Of a DNA stretch of 42,891 nt, positions 29,848-37,700 are shown one piece after another. The stretch covers positions 1 to 42,891 of the forward strand of contig JBKJUN010000556.1 of assembly GCA_046590555.1 (NCBI GenBank). Direction: 5' to 3'. Below the pieces are notes generated by a model. That model saw only the letters and a list, made by a program, of their open reading frames with translations. It was not told where the DNA came from and made no database searches. The DNA comes from Bryobacter sp. Lineage in GTDB: Bacteria; Acidobacteriota; Terriglobia; Bryobacterales; Bryobacteraceae. The position numbers and the translations under genes were made by a program. Position 1 is the first letter of the stretch; each line of letters begins with the position of its first letter.

Positions 29848-29883
29848 AAAGGGTCGGTGCTCTCTTCGAGCACTGGCCCTTTT
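29848..29883 (+). terminator. Intrinsic terminator/attenuator after the capsid gene
   Basis: AAA-GGGTCGGTGCTC-TCTTC-GAGCACTGGCCC-TTTT: 12-bp stem with two G-U pairs and a short U tract. Confidence 0.8.
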
Positions 29884-29916
29884 CAAGTTTTAATTCACGA
29901 AATAGAGCAAAAGATC

Positions 29917-30678
29917 ATGGCCCTACTCAAAGATCAACCCATCAGCTGTTTGGCGGAATGGATGGCCTACGACTCAAAGTTATCCATCCTCTCTGAACAG
30001 GAATCAACATCCATCGAGGCGAAGTCGAGCCTCGCACAAAATGAAATTGAAACGCAGGTCACGAGCTTTTTGCTTCGCCACAGTGGCTTAAGTGAAAACG
30101 CAGCTCGCCAGAGCCTGGACAAAGTGGTCGTCACTGAAGCACTCTCGCGATGGCACAGTATGTTGACGCTAAGTCTTTTCTACATCGACTTGGCCTCACT
30201 GCAAAACAGCACTCTTCATAGAGATCAATCCCAATTTTTCGACCTTAAGGCAAAGGCTGCAATGGACCAACTGTTTGAAACTGGCCTCGGTATCGTCAAC
30301 CTGCCAATACCCAAGGCACCCATACCTTTTATCGTTTCCAACCCTGGGACGGGTGAACCGCGAATCTTGAGAGGCCGCATCCGCTTTCAGGATGTCGATG
30401 GCGCTCTAGGCGCTCCCAGTTCGGAGTTTGTTCTCGACATGTCTTCCGGAGAGTCTATGGAGTTGAGCGTCGAGAATTTGCCATCCCGCGTTGCCGGGTG
30501 GCTCCTCTATCTCGGTGAGTCCTCCGAGCCTCTATACAAATCAATGCCCACTCCGATTAGCGCTGGACTTCCGTTTCTGGTCACTGCTGGTCTGCCTCCG
30601 GTCAACGCCGAAGAGATCACCAAGCCCGCACAGCTTCCAGATCGATTCGTACGCTATTCCACTGAGTTGTGGAGGTAG
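29917..30678 (+). CDS. Putative head-tail adaptor with a C-terminal Ig/FN3-like domain
   Basis: Position after the capsid gene; helical N-terminal half and beta-rich C-terminal half. Confidence 0.55.
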   Translation: MALLKDQPISCLAEWMAYDSKLSILSEQESTSIEAKSSLAQNEIETQVTSFLLRHSGLSENAARQSLDKVVVTEALSRWHSMLTLSLFYIDLASLQNSTLHRDQSQFFDLKAKAAMDQLFETGLGIVNLPIPKAPIPFIVSNPGTGEPRILRGRIRFQDVDGALGAPSSEFVLDMSSGESMELSVENLPSRVAGWLLYLGESSEPLYKSMPTPISAGLPFLVTAGLPPVNAEEITKPAQLPDRFVRYSTELWR

Positions 30679-30683
30679 TTGCA

Positions 30684-31175
30684 ATGAACTTGTCAGGCAA
30701 AGCTGTAATTGCAGCACAGGATATCCTCGCTGGCGAATCAGGCCTCAAGGTAAGCGTCGAAGCAATACAGGAACTTCGTGGGGAGCTTGCTAAAGAAGCC
30801 CGATTCCAGGTGGACACCGATCACTGGAATCAGAAGATGTCGGAGCGCATCCCCGCTAATCGCAACCCGAAGATTTCTGTCTCGCTCGTCAAGCTACACC
30901 GCGGGCAGAAAGAAAAAATGGCTGAGTTTACAGCCCTCGCGACTCTTCAGCTTGAGTTGTCCTCAACTCACGAACGTGCTGATTCGCTTCAGGGCCTCAT
31001 CAGCGACTATGTCGATGCTCTCTGCGATGTGCTCAATCGCAACCAGGGCCTCTGGAGCAAAGGCGTTTATTACGCCGGTGGCTTCGATGTCGACGTTGCG
31101 CCCATATCCAAGGGCGGCCTCAATTTCGTGCAGAGCGCCACGATCTCAATTGAAATTCATCTCTGGCAGGAATAA
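30684..31175 (+). CDS. Putative tail completion/terminator protein
   Basis: 163 aa with a GGAGGT ribosome-binding site; alpha/beta pattern; immediately before the tail tube. Confidence 0.55.
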   Translation: MNLSGKAVIAAQDILAGESGLKVSVEAIQELRGELAKEARFQVDTDHWNQKMSERIPANRNPKISVSLVKLHRGQKEKMAEFTALATLQLELSSTHERADSLQGLISDYVDALCDVLNRNQGLWSKGVYYAGGFDVDVAPISKGGLNFVQSATISIEIHLWQE

Positions 31176-31177
31176 CC

Positions 31178-32347
31178 ATGGCTAACGAATACATCGCATC
31201 TCTATCGAATCGAATCTTCCTCAAGTCGGAAATCGATTCGCCAACTCTCAACAACATGGCCGAGGCCGGAATCGCCCCGGTCACTTCATTTGAACTTTCA
31301 AGCAATCGAAAGCAACTCTACCGCAGAGACAAAACAGGATTTCGTTCTGAATCCCCCGTGATGGGGCCGCAACGGGAATTGATTGAATTCAAGCTTGAGA
31401 GCTATGGAACAGGCTGGGCAGGTGGCAGCTCCAAGCCGGCGATTGCTCCGATTCTTGAGAGTGGTCTCTGCCAAAGTGCAGCACTCACCTCTTCTCTTGC
31501 TGTCCAATCAAGTGCCGGCACTTCGATCACTCTTCAGGCTGACGCTTCGCTTCAAATTGGAATGGGGCTATCGTTCGGATCAGAAATCCGCTTCATTGAA
31601 TCGATTTCTGGCCTTCGCGATTTCACCCTCAACGCCGCGTTCTCGGTCCAGCTTAGTTCAGGGGCTCAACTCGATGGCTGCGCCAACTTGTCACTTGGCG
31701 AGAGCGTCAACCCGATGTCGATCCTTGATTCATGGGCCCCTTCCCAGGCGATCCAGCGCTTCGTAACGGGGGCCGTTACCGATCTGCTCAAGGTCAGCAT
31801 CAACAACGATTTCCTAGAGATATCAGCCAAGGGCTATGCTCGGAACCTCTACGACAATGTCAGCGGCATCGGCGGCTCCGAGTTTCAGTTCCCTGCGACT
31901 CCAATCAATTCTTCAGCTCTCGGAAACTCGCCCATAGCCGGCCACCTCGGGCAAGCCTTCATCGGTGTTCCCGCTGCCCGGCTCTGTACGCTCACTCAAG
32001 CGGAACTTCGCATCGACAACAACATTGAGCCACGCACCGATGAATTTGGTTGCTTCTCTACCAAAGCCTTCGTCCTGGGTCGCCGCAAAGTTTCGTTAGA
32101 CCTCACGATCTTCGAACGCAACGATGAACTGAGCCAGGCACTATACGCAAAGGCAGTCAACAACGAACCGGTTCCGGTCATGCTTCAGATGGGCAATCAG
32201 CCTGGCTCGATGTTTGCGATCTACTTACCGTCAGTTCTATTCCCGGTTCCCGCCTTTAGTGATGCTCAGCCTCGTCTCTTGTGGCAGTTCCGCAATGCGA
32301 TCGCCATGGGTCTTCAGAACGATGAAGTCTTCATCGCCTTGAGATAA
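31178..32347 (+). CDS. Putative major tail tube protein (non-contractile) with an inserted domain
   Basis: 389 aa, beta-rich; ELRIDNNIEPR...GRRKVSLDLTIF...GNQPGSMFAIYLPSV resembles siphovirus tube proteins; precedes the frameshifting chaperone gene. Confidence 0.7.
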   Translation: MANEYIASLSNRIFLKSEIDSPTLNNMAEAGIAPVTSFELSSNRKQLYRRDKTGFRSESPVMGPQRELIEFKLESYGTGWAGGSSKPAIAPILESGLCQSAALTSSLAVQSSAGTSITLQADASLQIGMGLSFGSEIRFIESISGLRDFTLNAAFSVQLSSGAQLDGCANLSLGESVNPMSILDSWAPSQAIQRFVTGAVTDLLKVSINNDFLEISAKGYARNLYDNVSGIGGSEFQFPATPINSSALGNSPIAGHLGQAFIGVPAARLCTLTQAELRIDNNIEPRTDEFGCFSTKAFVLGRRKVSLDLTIFERNDELSQALYAKAVNNEPVPVMLQMGNQPGSMFAIYLPSVLFPVPAFSDAQPRLLWQFRNAIAMGLQNDEVFIALR

Positions 32348-32350
32348 ATC

Positions 32351-32728
32351 ATGGACCTCAAATACGAGCGGGAGTTCGACTCTGCTTCAACGCCGGGCTT
32401 CCGCTTCATTGTAAAAAGATTGTCTTTGTCTCATCGCATTCTATTTTTGGCTGACAACCATGAGCTGATGCAACGTGTAAAGTTCTACAGTGCCGCATCC
32501 AGTCCTGACACTGCAGCGCGATTTTCGCTCGCAGATCTCGAACTTGAACTCAGCCGTCGTCTTCTCGAAAAGTGCCTCATGGCGATCAGCACTGGTGTCG
32601 ACTTCAAGCCAGCTGGCTCTGATGAAATCGCTTGGCTTCTGCGAATGGCCCCGACAGAGCTTTGCGTTGAAGTGCTCACCAGAGTCAGCGATGAAATATC
32701 GCTTTCCGGGCAGCGACGAAAAAACTAG
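32351..32728 (+). CDS. Tail assembly chaperone (gpG equivalent)
   Basis: 125 aa between tube and tape measure; ends ...RRKN* on the slippery heptamer A AAA AAC. Confidence 0.8.
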   Translation: MDLKYEREFDSASTPGFRFIVKRLSLSHRILFLADNHELMQRVKFYSAASSPDTAARFSLADLELELSRRLLEKCLMAISTGVDFKPAGSDEIAWLLRMAPTELCVEVLTRVSDEISLSGQRRKN

Positions 32729-32776
32729 CAGCCGCCTTCCAATACCTCTCCTCCGCGTCCCGGTGGGAGTGCGGCT
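32719..32776 (+). other. Programmed -1 ribosomal frameshift signal
   Basis: X XXY YYZ heptamer A AAA AAC (32719-32725), 5-nt spacer, then a stem of GCCGC-CTTCC (32731-32740) pairing with GGGAG-T-GCGGC (32765-32775). Confidence 0.8.
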
Positions 32777-33030
32777 CATGCAGGGATCGCGGACTTGAAA
32801 CCGCCAGAGCATGCGGCTTCTTAAATTGCCAGTCATCGGAAACGCCAGTTTGGGCAGGTAAAAGTGAAGTCTTCTTTCAGTGTCCCGAAAGCGTCCTCGA
32901 CGGCGATGCTGCTTACTGGATCACACTCGAACGCTGGTGCCGCCTAATGGAGCCCAGCCGCTTTCTCTACTTTCCCGCCGTCGATTGCGACGCCATCAAT
33001 GCCATACAGGCAATAGAAAAGGAATCATGA
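32719..33030 (+). CDS. -1 frameshift extension of the tail assembly chaperone (gpGT equivalent, fusion about 226 aa)
   Basis: The -1 frame is open from 32695 to the TGA at 33028-33030 with no start codon until 32947, and reads LAAAFQYLSSASRWECGSCRDRGLETARACGF...CPES...AIEKES*. It ends 1 nt before the next ATG. Confidence 0.85.
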   Translation, partial: KKLAAAFQYLSSASRWECGSCRDRGLETARACGFLNCQSSETPVWAGKSEVFFQCPESVLDGDAAYWITLERWCRLMEPSRFLYFPAVDCDAINAIQAIEKES

Positions 33031-33031
33031 C

Positions 33032-33637
33032 ATGAACCAGGAATCGAACAAGGATCGCGCTGGAGCCAACCCGGCTACCGTCGGCGATGTGCTCTCTAAT
33101 ATGTTCCAGCAACTCAACACAAGCAACTCGAGCATCGTGGGGCAGATTCGCGATATTGGCGCGGCCACCACATCGAATCTTGATCGCATCGGCCAGTCTT
33201 TGACGCCTTCTGCTTCAGCCGTTACCTCAAGCTCGACTGGAAAAGATTTGTTGAATGCCATCAATCCGATCAGCAACTCAAAGGGAACAAACATTCTTAC
33301 GAGTCTTTTCCTTGGCCCGCTATGGAAGGGCCTTTTCAGCCTCTTTGGCGGCGGGGGCGGGGAACAGGAAGCCGTTCCTCTCACCAGGTTCAACTTTCCT
33401 GAGCAGGCAAGAACTGACCTTGCTGCCTCGCTACGCTCAGATGGCCAGTCCACTGGCGTTAGAACGAACGCCTTTGGCTTGACTCAAGCTGCACCAGTTT
33501 CGCAGCCCTTAATACAGATTTCCATCCAGGCCTTGGACGCCCGTTCCATCCTTGATCGCAGCGATGACATTGCTGCTGCCTTGAAGCAGGCCATGCTTTC
33601 AAACCACGAAATAAACGACAACCTGAACGAGATTTAG
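33032..33637 (+). CDS. Very short tape measure protein
   Basis: Directly follows the G/GT pair; Ala/Ser/Gly-rich helical sequence, amphipathic LFLGPLWKGLFSLFGGG and C-terminal IQISIQALDARSILDRSDDIAAALKQAM. Confidence 0.72.
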   Translation: MNQESNKDRAGANPATVGDVLSNMFQQLNTSNSSIVGQIRDIGAATTSNLDRIGQSLTPSASAVTSSSTGKDLLNAINPISNSKGTNILTSLFLGPLWKGLFSLFGGGGGEQEAVPLTRFNFPEQARTDLAASLRSDGQSTGVRTNAFGLTQAAPVSQPLIQISIQALDARSILDRSDDIAAALKQAMLSNHEINDNLNEI

Positions 33638-33639
33638 CC

Positions 33640-33990
33640 ATGGACTTCCCGATCCTGATATCCGGCGAGCAAGTGCAGTCGAGTACGATTCGATCCGAGC
33701 CGACACAGCACATTGAACACTTTTTTGAAGGCGATTCCCGCCAAGCCCAACTTCGCACCAACGCCGATCGAAAGACTTGGCAGCTCAGCTACCAGAATCT
33801 GATCGGCGAAGAAGCCATGCGTCTGCGCGCCTTTTTTGAAGGGCTCGCAGTAGAAGAGGAATTCTCATTCACCGACCCTTGGACAAGCACGGCCTATCCA
33901 AATTGCCGAATCGCAAATCCCCGGCTGCAAATGGCATGTGACAAGGATGGCCGCTTCTCGGCACAACTGGAGATTGAAAATGCCCGCTAA
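33640..33990 (+). CDS. Distal tail protein 1 (DUF2460/gpM-like)
   Basis: 116 aa; WQLSYQNL...E...LRAFF...FSFTDPW pattern; follows the tape measure. Confidence 0.68.
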   Translation: MDFPILISGEQVQSSTIRSEPTQHIEHFFEGDSRQAQLRTNADRKTWQLSYQNLIGEEAMRLRAFFEGLAVEEEFSFTDPWTSTAYPNCRIANPRLQMACDKDGRFSAQLEIENAR

Positions 33991-34774
33991 CCAAATTCAA
34001 TTCCCTGCGCTCGACAGCGGGATGCTGGCTCATCTGCCAGTAGAACTCTCAATTGAAAAAATGACCCGCGCCACTCGCTTCCCGGACGGCAGTCTCCTCT
34101 TTGCGGCGAACGAAGCCAGAACGCGATACATCTGGGTGCTCCGCTATGAAAATTTGAACCCGCAGGAGTGGCAACGCATGCTCAACTTCATTGCCGCCAC
34201 TCAACGTGGAGCCGCATCTTTCACCTTTTACGACCCGGTTGGAAACCTCCTCGCGCATTCAGGCAATTTAGAAGATTCCATTTGGCTGGCTCCACCCGGT
34301 CTCACTGTCGCTCCGATCTTGGATACCAACCAATCCAATGCATTTATCCTGACTAATCCAACCGCTCAGCCACTGGCTCTTTCTCAATCCGTCTCCTTGG
34401 TTGGCCCTTACACCACATGCTTCAGCATTCGAACTAAATGGGTAGGTGGAGCAAACTTTTCACTCGGCCTCTCGGATGCAGTTCAAAGCGTATCGGTGTC
34501 CCGCACCGCTGGTGCCTGGGCGCGTCACCACGTGCGTCTTAGCTCTCCTGGCACACCTGAAACGCGCATGGCCAGCATCATCGTTCCACCAACGACACAA
34601 ATCATTGTCGCTGCACCACAGCTTGAAATTGCGGCTAATCCAGGTGCGCCGCTTGAGACCGGATCTCAAAGCGGAGTCTTCCCGAATTCCTGGCTTATCC
34701 AAAAGAGTTTCGATACCCAATCCGTTGCGCCAGGTGCGCATTCCATCACCCTAAGAATTGAGAGCTTCCGATAG
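33980..34774 (+). CDS. Distal tail protein 2 (DUF2460-like) with an inserted beta-sandwich/CBM-like domain
   Basis: WVLRYENL...E...MLNFI...FTFYDPV followed by GNLLAHSGNLEDSIW...APQLE; GGAG before the ATG at 33980. Confidence 0.65.
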   Translation: MPANQIQFPALDSGMLAHLPVELSIEKMTRATRFPDGSLLFAANEARTRYIWVLRYENLNPQEWQRMLNFIAATQRGAASFTFYDPVGNLLAHSGNLEDSIWLAPPGLTVAPILDTNQSNAFILTNPTAQPLALSQSVSLVGPYTTCFSIRTKWVGGANFSLGLSDAVQSVSVSRTAGAWARHHVRLSSPGTPETRMASIIVPPTTQIIVAAPQLEIAANPGAPLETGSQSGVFPNSWLIQKSFDTQSVAPGAHSITLRIESFR

Positions 34775-34776
34775 CC

Positions 34777-37700
34777 ATGAGCCTCTTTGAATTGAAAGAA
34801 CAATCTGTCGTACCTGCCACCGCGCTTCTATGTGAAGTCACCCTGGCCGATGACACCAAGCGTTACTGGGCCTCGGCTCGATGCCAGGATGGAGCAAACA
34901 ATTATCAAGCACGCATTCAACCCGATCAGCTCAATCCCTGGAAGCTCACAAGTGATGTCTCAAGTGAAAATTCGGGCCAGGTCTCTGTTGTGTTTGCAGA
35001 CGATGATGGTGCAATCGCTCAGCTTTTCCAGACTGGCAAATTGATCGGCGCCAGAGTACGCTTTGCTGCCGCAGTGCTGAACGATTCCACCGTTGAAAGC
35101 AAGACCGTACTCCTTACGGGTCTTCTCGATACCGTCAGTGAATTGGATGGAAAATCAGCCCGTCTCAACGTTCTCAGCAGGCTAAGTTCGATTCGTGCCA
35201 ATTTCCCCCCGATGCGTATCCAGCGTCAATGTTCATGGGCATTCCCTTCGAACTCAGAGGAGCGCGATCTCGCCCTCAGCTCTGGCGAAGATGGCCGCTA
35301 CGCTCCGGTTTTCCGTTGTGGTTATTCGCCGGACAAAGCAGGTGGAGTTGGCAATCTTGATGGCACCCTTCTATTCACCTCCTGCGACTACACACGCAAG
35401 AGTTGCGAACAGCGCGGCATGTTCTCTAAGGACAGCACGAACCGAACTACTCAACGTTTCAGTGGCATCGAATTTGTTCCTCCATCGATTCTCGTGCGTG
35501 GCCACGGCGAGTCGTCAGGTCGCGTCTCCAATCTGGTCAGCCTTGACACTCGCTTTAACGATGTCGTACCCGCTGTCTACGGAACCGGATGGCTGCAGGC
35601 ACCTGTTGTCTTCTCACGTAACGATGGAAACCTGACCCGCTGCGAAGTCCTGCTCGGCCTCGGTGAGGTTGACAGTGTCATCAAAGTTGTCGCTGATGGA
35701 TTCGAAATTCCCGAAGGCATTACTGGGCAGAACATGACCGGCACCGGCTGGTTCAACCTCGTCAGCAAGGGCAATCGCACGGGTGCGCTCAATCTCGGCT
35801 TGACAGATGCAGCTGCAAACCCTGTTGGTGATCCGTATGCCAGCATGGCCTACCTCAACCTGGTTTTGCCGAACCGAATCAATGACGGTAAGAAGAGCCC
35901 AAAAGTCGAGGTACTGATCAAGGGGATCAAAGTCCCAGTTCTCGATTCTGCAGGCGCCTTGGTCTCTTCCGATTGGTCTTCTAATCCCGCCTGGATTCTA
36001 TGTGACATCCTCCGCCGAACAGGCTGGAAGCTGGATGAACTCGATCTCGCCACTTTCGTTTCAGCTGCGCAATTCTGCGATGAACTCATCGAAGCCCGCG
36101 ACGCCAACGGCACCCTACGGCAAGTCCGTCGCTTTGAAACCAGCCTCGTTTTAAAGCGTCGTTACAGTGTTGGAGAGCTACTACGCTCGCTCCGCATCGG
36201 TTCGCTTCTCTTTCTATACTTCCAGCCTGATGGCAAACTTGCCATTCGTCCAGAAACTACGATTGCTCAACAACAGCCAACCAAGCCAGCCGGCAGCAAT
36301 GCCGCCTCTGTGCTCAACAGCGGCTGGCCCACATACGAATTCGGCGATGGTATGAACCAGACCACGGGTATCCTCTTGAAGTCCAATATGGAGCCTGACT
36401 TCCGCATCTACTCAAAGCCAAGTCAGGATTCCCCGAATCGCGTCAGTTTTGAAATTCAGGATTCCCTTAACGAGTTCCAGCAAGACAGCATCTCCATCGC
36501 CGACACCGATGACATACGTCTCCGTCGACAGGAGATCACCCAGGCCTTGCCCGCCGTTGGCGTGTCCAACTTCCCGCAGGCTCAACGCATCTGTCAAACC
36601 TGGCTCAACAAGTCAATCGCCGGCAACGTCTATCTGGAGTTCCGCACCTCTGTGCGCGGCTTCCATATCAGACCGGGTGATCTCATTGCTCTCAGTTACC
36701 AGCGCTACGGCTTTGACCGTACGATCTTCCGCGTGCTCGAATTCCAGTTCTCGCCTCGCCTCGATGTGATGAAGGTCATCTGCCAACTGCATCAGGATCA
36801 CTGGTATTCCGACAACGCACAAATCCGCTATGACCGTTCCCGTATCTTTGCCTGGCGCACCGGCGCTGCTCGAGCAGTATGCGGCACCTTGATTGACGGT
36901 TTTGATGCGTCCGAACAATTGGCCATCGACTCCGATGGTGTCCAGAAGTGCGCTCTCAGGATCCCCTTTCGCAAACCACAGCCTGAACTTGGAGCCTCTG
37001 GTGGCGTCCCTCTGGTCAGCTTCGCCTACACGGTGCAATCCACCGGCGGTACTCTGCCCCAGGGCTCGTATTTCTATGGGCTCACTACTATCGATTCCAG
37101 TGGCGTCGAAAGCGGTCTCTCAAGCCTGATCCCGGTTCGAATCGGCGGCCTCACTTCTACAAACCGCGTAACCCTAAGTGGAATTAGTGTGGCCTCATCT
37201 GCGGTCAGCCTGAACCTGTATCGCGGCGCTTCACCGCATCGCCTTCTTCGCATTGCAACCGGGCTAACCGTGGCGGACACAGTCTCCGATACGGGCGCGA
37301 CGCCCGAGGCTCAGATCCCGCCTGACTCCAACTACAGCAGACTCAGGTCGTGGTTCCGGCAGACTTTCTTGGTCGATCAGACTCCGACCTCCTGGACTAC
37401 AACTTCCATTACTCGCACTGCGCTCAATCTGGTCGTTGATCGATGGATCGGCAAGAAAGTCGTGATTCGCGCGGGAAAAGGTATGGGTCAGGAACGTGTT
37501 ATCACCGCCAACACGGCTGAGTCGATCATGATCGAAAGGCCATGGGATGTTGTCCCCAATGCCACCTCCAAGTTCGCAATTGTGGAAACAACCTGGGCCT
37601 TAGCCGCAGAATCTGACACCGACATCATCACCGTAATGTTGCCGCTATTCACCGCATCAACCTTTGAGATAAGTCTTCGTTCAGTAGGCAAAGACAATCT

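Noticed and set aside
32490-32798. +1-frame ORF as the gene after the chaperone
   Set aside because: It mostly overlaps the chaperone and leaves a gap of about 230 bp; the -1 frame has a slippery site and ends flush with the next gene.
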